Of a stretch of 64,000 nucleotides of DNA, positions 46,297 through 54,340 are shown piece after piece. The position numbers and the translations under genes are program-made. Within the stretch, counting starts at the first letter, position 1. Every line of letters begins with the position of its first letter. A model generated the notes under the pieces. The model saw nothing but the letters and a program-made list of their open reading frames with translations. It was not told the DNA's origin and made no database searches. The DNA is taken from positions 12,315-76,314 of the forward strand of contig JALVJO010000102.1 of the NCBI GenBank assembly GCA_027028245.1, in the 5' to 3' direction. The stretch comes from Deltaproteobacteria bacterium (GTDB lineage Bacteria > Desulfobacterota > Dissulfuribacteria > Dissulfuribacterales > QOAL01).

Positions 46297-48030
46297 CTAG
46301 CCCTGTAATGAATCTTCCCGGGAAAGCTCCTCCAAATGGGACCGCGCCCATTCTATTTCGGGGTCAAGCTCCAATGCCATCTGGTACCATTGCAGGGCGG
46401 CCTTGGTCATGCCGAGTTTTCTGAGATTGCTCCCTATATTGGCATAATCAATGGCCGATGAGGGATCCAGTGCTATGGCATTTTCAAAACATTCTATGGC
46501 CTTGACAAATTCTCCTTCCTTGTAACGGCATACTCCCAGCAGATTATGTATTTCCTTGAGTCTGCTGTTCAGGTCCCTGGCCTTTTCAAGGGCCGATATT
46601 GCATTTGTGAGGTCATCGAGCTGCAGATGGCAGTTTCCCATGTGGCAGTAGATGCTTGCAACTTCATCCGGGTCAGGCTGTCGTCCAAGGGATTTTTTGA
46701 AGTACTGCAGGGCTTCATGGAATCTTCCGGCCTTTTCCATACAGTGTCCAAGGTAGAAGGCGGTATCAAATCTGTCCGGATATGTATCTTCAAGGCGCTG
46801 GAGAATTGCTGCGGCCTCTTCCTCGGAAAGATATCCGCCTGTGGCGGCCATCCTTGCAGCATGAAACGGAAGGCTCAAATTCCTGGTCCTTTCCCTGAAA
46901 TGGTTTCCGGGTATTACGGCGTAAACAGCAGGGACGCGAAGTTCAGGGTGCGTGACGTCTATGAGGTATGTGGACAATCCTGCCTGGGCAAGGGCGCCAG
47001 CAAGATTCAGTACCTCCTGCCTGAAATTCGGGGAAGAACAATCCGGAAGCTGATGAATCTTTCTCTTCGTGGGTGAGGCCAGCACATAGGAAGCCTCCTC
47101 AAGGTTTTTGAATTTGGGAAGGCCGCTTTCCAGATATTTTCCTTCTGTGTCAAAATCACCGGCCAGCTGGGCGACTTCTGTTATGGCCCTTACTGCCGCT
47201 CTCTCCGGTGTTGTGGACGTGCCTGCGGTGTAGACTATTTCGCTCCTTTTGGGAAAGGTGGATGGATCCCAGGCGATCGCTCCCACAGTCGGTATGCCGA
47301 GCCCCAGTGAAAAATCCTTTAGCACCAGCTGGATGCCATGGGCAATAAATCTCTGTACAAGTTCCCTGAGCCCAGGGTCTTCAATCGAATCAAGATCAAT
47401 AGTCGGGGTTTCCAGCCTGCCGTAACTTATCAAGGAGCAGACATGGCGTTCAACCACCTCGGATATGGCCTGGACTGCTGCTTCCTCAAGGGTATTGCCG
47501 GCTGCTGCACCGTTGTATTTATTTATGGGCCACACCCACGAAAATGGCACCGGAGCAGGCTGCTCTGCCAATACGTCAAGACCCTGTGCCCACTGAATGG
47601 GGATTTCTCTCAAAAGCGCTGCTGATCCAGGCGGCTCATCCTCACAGTGGATTGCCTTTAGCAGCAGTGATTCCGGAAAACCTGGTTCCCCGAGGCAGTT
47701 CAGCTGTTCAATGAACATGGGGCCCCTTTGCAGGAACTCGAACAGGCTGAACCGCTCCACAATCTCCATTACCGCACTGGCCTTTGCCTGGGCCTCGGTC
47801 ACGCCTTTACCCATCTGTTTGGCAGAACCTGTGACAAGGCCGGCCTGGGCTTCGTATCGGCTCACATAAACGGGGATTCCAAGGCGGTCCTTGTCTATGC
47901 GTTCTACGCTTTTCAGCACAGGGCGGCTGAATCCTTCAAATCGCTTGAAAACCCACTCTAAGGTCTGGTCAGGGGTTTTGGCCTTGTCATAACTTTGTTC
48001 TCCGGCCTTGAAACAGTCCTTCAACTTCAT
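46297..48030 (-). CDS. YcaO-domain protein with C-terminal TPR domain
   Basis: 577 aa. The YcaO core includes KQMGKGVTEAQAKASAVMEIVERFS, AISEVVERH and AITEVAQL. The last roughly 170 aa are TPR repeats (..AFYLGHCMEKAGRFHEALQYFKKSL.. etc.). Confidence 0.85.
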   Translation of the reverse strand: MKLKDCFKAGEQSYDKAKTPDQTLEWVFKRFEGFSRPVLKSVERIDKDRLGIPVYVSRYEAQAGLVTGSAKQMGKGVTEAQAKASAVMEIVERFSLFEFLQRGPMFIEQLNCLGEPGFPESLLLKAIHCEDEPPGSAALLREIPIQWAQGLDVLAEQPAPVPFSWVWPINKYNGAAAGNTLEEAAVQAISEVVERHVCSLISYGRLETPTIDLDSIEDPGLRELVQRFIAHGIQLVLKDFSLGLGIPTVGAIAWDPSTFPKRSEIVYTAGTSTTPERAAVRAITEVAQLAGDFDTEGKYLESGLPKFKNLEEASYVLASPTKRKIHQLPDCSSPNFRQEVLNLAGALAQAGLSTYLIDVTHPELRVPAVYAVIPGNHFRERTRNLSLPFHAARMAATGGYLSEEEAAAILQRLEDTYPDRFDTAFYLGHCMEKAGRFHEALQYFKKSLGRQPDPDEVASIYCHMGNCHLQLDDLTNAISALEKARDLNSRLKEIHNLLGVCRYKEGEFVKAIECFENAIALDPSSAIDYANIGSNLRKLGMTKAALQWYQMALELDPEIEWARSHLEELSREDSLQG

Positions 48031-48052
48031 GGAGTCAGAATCTTAACGGCAA

Positions 48053-48544
48053 CTACTTATAATGGGAACAGGTTGTATCAATTATTTCTTCTGCCAGAAA
48101 CCAGTCAGCCTGGTCAGAGCCCGGTTCCATCCCGCGTCTTTCATAGATGGTATGGGCAATGGCGGCCACCCAGGACTGTCTTGCCTTTTCGGCAGACTCT
48201 TCCAGGAAATAGATCCTTGTAAGTTTGGTGCCAGGCGCTCCCTGTATCTGAAGACCTACTACGGGGTTGGACTCCTCTTCGTCCCTTATAAGATAAAGGG
48301 CCCGGGGCACATCCACGGCATGGGCAAGATGAGTGAGATTGTCAGGATCCTGGGTACCAAGAAAGATTTCTATCCTCCTTGCCTTCTCATCGTAATCAAG
48401 GCCTAGCAGGGGCATGCCAGGAACTCCTACAATATAGTCATCACCTATGGAGACAACTGCGGTCCTGAATTGATTCATCCTGTTGAAATCCTTAAGGAAA
48501 TTTGCCCAGTCCCGCTTAAGGATGCGTATCTTTTTTTCCGGCAT
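48053..48544 (-). CDS. DUF5335-like N-terminal domain fused to DUF2934-like C-terminal motif
   Basis: 163 aa. The C-terminal IAHTIYERRGMEPGSDQADWFLAEEII matches the DUF2934 pattern as I remember it. Strong SD GGAAGGAGG. The stop is 22 nt before the YcaO start. Confidence 0.65.
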   Translation of the reverse strand: MPEKKIRILKRDWANFLKDFNRMNQFRTAVVSIGDDYIVGVPGMPLLGLDYDEKARRIEIFLGTQDPDNLTHLAHAVDVPRALYLIRDEEESNPVVGLQIQGAPGTKLTRIYFLEESAEKARQSWVAAIAHTIYERRGMEPGSDQADWFLAEEIIDTTCSHYK

Positions 48545-48636
48545 CTCTAATTCCTCCTTCCTCTTATTGTTTTAAAACACACTAAACACTTGGAAAAGCC
48601 GCGTCAAACAAACATTGTCCCTGTACCTCATAATAT

Positions 48637-48666
48637 ATTATACGTCCGGCCTGAAACCATCTGCAA
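48637..48666 (-). promoter_or_regulatory. sigma-70-type promoter candidate for the DUF5335-YcaO operon
   Basis: On the minus strand, TTGCAG (48666..48661), an 18-nt spacer, then a perfect TATAAT (48642..48637), about 90 nt upstream of the ATG at 48544. Confidence 0.35.
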
Positions 48667-48755
48667 GCGTAAAGAGATCCTCCGGAAGTTTAAAAGAAGT
48701 GCCCCTTTTTACTCTTCAGCCTCCAGCTTTGGAATAACCAAAAACAGAATCGAGT

Positions 48756-51700
48756 TTAATGACTCTGAGCCCGGGCCAGGTCCAAAAACCTGGCAAGTTC
48801 CCTGGCTGTCCTGCTTGCAACGCCTTTTTTGAGGAAATCTAAAAGCGGGCCCTGGAACAGAAGCCGACCTCCCTTCCTGCCGCCTCCAGGTCCCAGGTCC
48901 AGGAGCCAGTCCGCCCTTGTTACAAGATCAAGGTTGTGTTCAACCACCACCACTGTTCCGCCAAGATCTGCGAGCTTCTCCAGGCAGCCGGCCAGCCTGT
49001 CAACGTCTTCCATGTGGAGGCCCACGGTAGGTTCATCCAGGAGGTAGAGGGTCCCCTGGCAGGCAGATCCTGAAAGTTCCCTGGCAAGCTTAAGCCGCTG
49101 GGCTTCCCCTCCCGAAAGGGTGGGGCTGGGCTGCCCAAGAGTGAGATAGCCCAGGCCGAGATCCAGCATGAATTCCAGTTTTTTCCTTATGCCCGGGATG
49201 GCTGAGAAGAATTCCAGTGCCTCTTCCACGGACATGTTGAGAACACCTGTGATATTCTTGCCCTTCCAGGTGATATCCAGGACATCTTTCTTGAATCTGT
49301 CACCCCCGCATTCTCTACAGGTGACAAATACATCCGGCAGGAGGGAAAGTTTCTGGCAGATAACGCCCTGGCCGCGGCAGGCCTCGCATCTGCCTCCTTC
49401 CATGTTGTAGGAGAAGTGTCCGGGGCCGAAACCCCTGGCCCGGGCTGCCTGCGTCCTGGAGAAAAGGAAACGGACCTCGTTCCATATTCCGGTGAAGGTT
49501 GCCGGGCAGGATCTGGGAGTTTTCCCTATGGGTGAATGGTCGATCCGGAGCACCCTGGTGATAGAATCCGCGCTGCGGACCGTAAAGGGCGGATTTTCTG
49601 TATCCAGGAAGGATTTATGTATGACTTCACTCAGTAGGGTACTTTTGCCAGAGCCTGAAACACCGGTAATAATTGTCAGTGCACCACGTGGTATCTTTAT
49701 GTGGAGGTCTTTCAGGTTGTTGCTGCTGACGTTTCTGAATTCCAGCCAGCCGGCAGACCGTTTGACCCGTCCAGAATCCCCTGGAACATGCCGCTTTTTC
49801 TTTAGTGCGGCAGCCGTTTTTGATGCCTTCTCTTGAAGTATATCCTTGACGGTGCCCTGGGCCACTATCCGGCCGCCTCTTTTTCCGCCTCCTGGTCCCA
49901 GGTCTATTATCCAGTCGGCGCATTTTATTGTTTCCTGATCGTGTTCAACAACAATTACGCTGTTGCCCTTGTCCCTGAGACCCTGCAGTGTGTCCATCAG
50001 TCTCCTGTTGTCGCAGGGATGGAGCCCTATGGTGGGTTCGTCCAGCACAATGGTAAGACCGGTGAGGTTGGATGCAGCCTGGACTGCAAGCCTTATTCTT
50101 TGTGATTCTCCCCCGGAAAGCGTACTGCCTGCACGATCAAGTGGAAGATAATCCAGGCCCAGGTCTGACAGCAGGTGCAGCCTTTTAAGGACCTGATCTA
50201 TGAGCATCCTTGCCGTCTCCTGTCTTTGCCGGGGAAACAGCACCCTTTCAAGCCAGGTTTCAAGGCACCTTGCAGCATCACCTATTTCCATGGAAAACAC
50301 CTTGTCTATGGACATCCCCTGGATCTTCCACAGCCTGGATCTTTGTGAAAGCCTGCTTCCCTTACAGTCCGGGCATGTCGTCCCTTCCCTTAAGATTCCT
50401 CTGCCGAGACAGGCCGGGCACTTCCCGGACCTGGAATGGAAGGAAAACAGCAGGGGGTCTGAATCTGGCACGCTGATCCTGCACCTGGCACAGAAATTTT
50501 TCAGGCTCATGTTTGTTTCCCTGCCTTTTCCATGGAGGAATAACACCTCGCCGCCCCCGTGCAGAAGGGCGAGTTCCAGTAGAGATTTCAGTTCTTCAGG
50601 CTCCTTGGAGCCGGCCTTGAAGGGACCCCATACCCAGTCGATATCGTGTTCCCTGTATCTGGAAAGCCTGATTTTTTCTCCAGGGCGATACATCTTGCCG
50701 TCTGCCCTTACCATTGATGCCCCCATGGCAAAACCCCTTTGCAGGTCGGGCAGATGCCAGCCCTTTCTGGCCCTTATCCTGGGGGAAAGGATCATGGTGT
50801 CTTCTTTTCGAAAAAGTTCGGAGTAAAAATCCATTATGTCCCTGAAGGAGGCCCTTTGCATGTTGTTTCCGCACCGGGGGCAGACAGGCCTTGAAGCAAC
50901 TGCAAAAAGGAGCCTGAGGTAGTGGGCGCATTCCGTAAGTGTGGCCACGGTGGACATGCTGCCGCCCCGGCTGACCTTCTGTTCGATGGCAACTGAAGGG
51001 GACAGGCCGCTGACAGAATCCACCTCAAAGCGCTCATGGATTTGAATGAACTGCTTCATATAAGAAGGAAGGCTCTCAAGATACCTTCGCTGTGCCTCCC
51101 TGTGAACCAGGTCGAAGGCCAGGGAAGATTTACCAGACCCCGATACCCCGGTAATTACGACCAGCTTGTTTTTCGGGATGGAAATATTTATGTCCTTGAG
51201 ATTGTGATGTCTTGCACCCCTGATTTCTATGGAGTTTCTCGTGCCAAGGGGCCTTGCTGGTGCAGCAGGTTTTTCAGGAGATGTCCTCGGTGGTGTTTTC
51301 CCGTAGGCTGCAATAAAGTATGAAGTCGGAGTAGACGCCCTTTTCAGAAGATCTGCGGGCGTGCCTTCGAAGATCTTTTTTCCGCCCCTTTGTCCTCCTT
51401 CCGGGCCGAGTTCAATGATCCAGTCGCTTTCAACCAGAATATTGAGATCGTGTTCAACTACTATTACTGTGTGACCATTGCTGGTCATCTGTCTCAATTG
51501 TTTTACGAGTCTTTCTATCTCTTTGCGGTGCAGGCCCTTTGAGGGTTCATCCAGGATAAAAAGGCATCTTTCCCTGCGGCTGGCATGCAGAGACCTTGCA
51601 ATCTTAAGCCTTTGCGCTTCTCCTGCTGACAGTGAATTAAGTGGCTGGCCCATCTGCAGATATCCAAGGCCGAGCATACGGGCAGGTTTTACTGCCCTTT

Positions 51701-54041
51701 GTAAGGGGCTGCAGTCATGAAAGAATTCAGCCGCCTCGTCCAGGGTCATGCCGAGTATCTGTTTTATGTTTTTCCCGCGGTAGCGGAATTCCAGGGCCTC
51801 CCTGGTAAATTTTTCCCCTCTGCACCAGGGACAAGGAAGCATTATGTCAGGGAGAAACTGCATTTCTATGGTTTCAGTTCCCTGGCCCCTGCACTCTTCG
51901 CATCTTCCCCCGGGGACATTTACGGAAAAATACCCGGGCCTTATACCAGCAGCCCTGGCATCTTCCGTTCCGGCCAGGAGTTTTCTTACCGGATCAAGTA
52001 TCTTCAGGTAGGTTCCAGGGCAGGCCCTGGGGTTCCTGCTTACCGGTTCCTGGTCTATCATCCTGACCCTTGAAAAATCCTGCCATCCGTCTATCCGTTC
52101 AAATTTCCCCGGCCGGGGACACCCTTCACCCTTGAGCCTCAGGATTCCCCGGAACAGGCAGTCATCTATCAGGGAAGATTTCCCAGACCCGGATACACCG
52201 CAGATGCATGTGATTGCCCCCTTTGGTATGCGGCAGTCAACATCCTTCAGGTTATTGGCACATGCCCCTCTAATCTCGATAAATTCTGTGATCCTGCTGT
52301 CTAAGACCTGTTCCAGTCTTCTTGGCAGGATCTTCTCCGGGTGTTTTTCCGGGGCAGTGCCGACCGGGAAGGCAGTTTCAGGGCAATAAGAGCTTACAAT
52401 GCTGCCGCCTTCGGTGCCGGAACCAGGGCCGAGACAGATCACTCTGTCTGCACATGCTTTTATCTGCGGGTCATTGTCCACAAGGACCAGGGTGTTTCCC
52501 TGGTTTTTGAGATCTTTCAGGATACGGGCCAGTGCCCGTATGTCCCTGGGATGAAGCCCTGCAGATGGTTCGTCAAGGCAGTAGAGAATTCCCGAAAGTC
52601 TGGTGGAAACTGCCCTGGATATGCAAAGCCTGGAGAGCTCTCCCCCTGAAAGGGTCCTGGACTGCCTGTCAAGGGTCAGATAGCCGAGCCCTGCCTGGTT
52701 GATAAGGCAAAGACGCCTTTCAAGTTCTCGAAGGAGACTCCTGGAAGCCTCATCCAGGGTCTTTTCCTCTGCAAGTTTTCTGCACCATGAGAGTGCTTCC
52801 CGGGAAGTAAGTGAATAAAAACCTGAAATGGTTTTTCCACCCAGCCTGTAACAAAGGGTTTCAGGCCTGAATTTTGTGCCCTTGCATGAAGGACATGTCA
52901 GATATGTCCTGTACCTGGCAAGAAGTATCCTTACATGGGCCTTGTATCTTTTGGTCTCCAGCCATTCAAATATAGCCTTTATTCCGTACCAGGAGCCCTT
53001 GCCCATGAGGACAGCCTCCCTTTGTTCCGGGGTCAGGGCGTGCCAGGGCCTGGATATGTCCAGTCCCTGGGACCTGCACCATGAGATGAGTTCTGCCTTT
53101 TCATCCTGCCAGTTTTCCAGGGGTCTTATTGCACCGTTCTGGATGGAAAGGGAGCTGTCCGGAACCACAAGATCCCAGTCAATGGCCGGAGCCCTGCCAA
53201 AACCTCTGCATTCCGGGCAGGCTCCCTGGGGAGAGTTGAAGGAAAAGAGAAAGGCTTCAGGTTCATGGAAGAGCTGTCCGCATTTTCTGCAGGCGGGTCT
53301 GCGGTTGAATGTTTCCTTGCTGCCGTCTTCAAATATCATCTGGACAGCGCCCTTTCCCATGGAAAATGCCAGTTCCGCAGATTCCCTGAGTCTTTCCATG
53401 CGGAGGGAAGGAAGAAGGAAGCGGTCAACTACCAGGTTCACGAAGGCGAATGCTTCTGTCCGGTCTTCCTTTGCCAAATTGTGCAGGCTGTTTTCAGAAA
53501 GTTCTAATTCTTCTCCGTCCAGGATGATTCTCCTGTAGCCTTCCTTTAACAGCCGGTGCAGATCCCACGGTTTCACAGCTGCTGTAAGCCAGGCCTTTTT
53601 GAGCCCCCGGCTTCTGGCCCTTTCAGCCTGTTTCCAGATATCGGTCCAATCTGCTGACTGGGCTTCAATGCCGCACCTTGTGCAAAAGGGCTGCGAGCAC
53701 CGGAAGAAGAGCATCCTGGCAAAATAGGTAATCTCTGTAAGGGTACCAACTGTGGAGCGGGAAGTCCTTACAGGGTTGGCCTGGCCCACGGCAATGGCCG
53801 CAGGCAGGTTGGTCAATTCCGCTGCCTTGGGTTCAGGAAGGCGTTCCAGGAACTGGCGTGCATACGGAGAAAAGGTTTCTATGTATCTTCGCTGCGCTTC
53901 TGAATAGAGCGTATCAAACACCAGTGAGGATTTCCCTGCCCCTGATGGGCCCGAAATGCAAGTAATCTGTCCATGTTCAATGGACAGAGTGATATTTTTA
54001 AGGTTGTTTTGTCTTGCTCCTTTAATATGCAGTTTTGCCAT
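48756..54041 (-). CDS. tandem-duplicated UvrA-like ABC ATPase (two complete UvrA units, four nucleotide-binding domains)
   Basis: A single uninterrupted ORF. Walker A motifs lie at about aa 44, 628, 978 and 1473 (GPSGAGKSS, GVSGSGKSS x2, GVSGSGKST). ABC signatures lie at about aa 477, 817, 1321 and 1655 (LSGGE/LSAGE). UvrA-type CxxC zinc modules occur in both halves. The ATG at 54041 (MAKLHIKGARQNNLKNI) aligns with the canonical UvrA N-terminus; the ORF is open to a GTG at 54080. Confidence 0.9.
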   Translation of the reverse strand: MAKLHIKGARQNNLKNITLSIEHGQITCISGPSGAGKSSLVFDTLYSEAQRRYIETFSPYARQFLERLPEPKAAELTNLPAAIAVGQANPVRTSRSTVGTLTEITYFARMLFFRCSQPFCTRCGIEAQSADWTDIWKQAERARSRGLKKAWLTAAVKPWDLHRLLKEGYRRIILDGEELELSENSLHNLAKEDRTEAFAFVNLVVDRFLLPSLRMERLRESAELAFSMGKGAVQMIFEDGSKETFNRRPACRKCGQLFHEPEAFLFSFNSPQGACPECRGFGRAPAIDWDLVVPDSSLSIQNGAIRPLENWQDEKAELISWCRSQGLDISRPWHALTPEQREAVLMGKGSWYGIKAIFEWLETKRYKAHVRILLARYRTYLTCPSCKGTKFRPETLCYRLGGKTISGFYSLTSREALSWCRKLAEEKTLDEASRSLLRELERRLCLINQAGLGYLTLDRQSRTLSGGELSRLCISRAVSTRLSGILYCLDEPSAGLHPRDIRALARILKDLKNQGNTLVLVDNDPQIKACADRVICLGPGSGTEGGSIVSSYCPETAFPVGTAPEKHPEKILPRRLEQVLDSRITEFIEIRGACANNLKDVDCRIPKGAITCICGVSGSGKSSLIDDCLFRGILRLKGEGCPRPGKFERIDGWQDFSRVRMIDQEPVSRNPRACPGTYLKILDPVRKLLAGTEDARAAGIRPGYFSVNVPGGRCEECRGQGTETIEMQFLPDIMLPCPWCRGEKFTREALEFRYRGKNIKQILGMTLDEAAEFFHDCSPLQRAVKPARMLGLGYLQMGQPLNSLSAGEAQRLKIARSLHASRRERCLFILDEPSKGLHRKEIERLVKQLRQMTSNGHTVIVVEHDLNILVESDWIIELGPEGGQRGGKKIFEGTPADLLKRASTPTSYFIAAYGKTPPRTSPEKPAAPARPLGTRNSIEIRGARHHNLKDINISIPKNKLVVITGVSGSGKSSLAFDLVHREAQRRYLESLPSYMKQFIQIHERFEVDSVSGLSPSVAIEQKVSRGGSMSTVATLTECAHYLRLLFAVASRPVCPRCGNNMQRASFRDIMDFYSELFRKEDTMILSPRIRARKGWHLPDLQRGFAMGASMVRADGKMYRPGEKIRLSRYREHDIDWVWGPFKAGSKEPEELKSLLELALLHGGGEVLFLHGKGRETNMSLKNFCARCRISVPDSDPLLFSFHSRSGKCPACLGRGILREGTTCPDCKGSRLSQRSRLWKIQGMSIDKVFSMEIGDAARCLETWLERVLFPRQRQETARMLIDQVLKRLHLLSDLGLDYLPLDRAGSTLSGGESQRIRLAVQAASNLTGLTIVLDEPTIGLHPCDNRRLMDTLQGLRDKGNSVIVVEHDQETIKCADWIIDLGPGGGKRGGRIVAQGTVKDILQEKASKTAAALKKKRHVPGDSGRVKRSAGWLEFRNVSSNNLKDLHIKIPRGALTIITGVSGSGKSTLLSEVIHKSFLDTENPPFTVRSADSITRVLRIDHSPIGKTPRSCPATFTGIWNEVRFLFSRTQAARARGFGPGHFSYNMEGGRCEACRGQGVICQKLSLLPDVFVTCRECGGDRFKKDVLDITWKGKNITGVLNMSVEEALEFFSAIPGIRKKLEFMLDLGLGYLTLGQPSPTLSGGEAQRLKLARELSGSACQGTLYLLDEPTVGLHMEDVDRLAGCLEKLADLGGTVVVVEHNLDLVTRADWLLDLGPGGGRKGGRLLFQGPLLDFLKKGVASRTARELARFLDLARAQSH

Positions 54042-54340
54042 GATATTGTAATAACAAGGCCCAAGGGCGGTTTTTTTCACTAGCGATCTGGCTGTCTTGG
54101 TCTCATGAAATTAAACGGGAAGTTTCGGGCAAGGCAGATACGGCTCGACAGCAATGTGGTATCCTGCAAAAAAACCGGAAGGGTATTTTTACCTTTAGAA
54201 CCAGGCCTTCAGGGAGCGTGTCAGATTAACATAACCAGATCCTGCGTGCAAAGTCATGACAGCAGCAATGTTGTTCTGTATTCATCCACCGAACGTATCC
54301 CGCCTGCCGTGTCTGATGGCAAGCCCCCGGAAGGAGAGTG

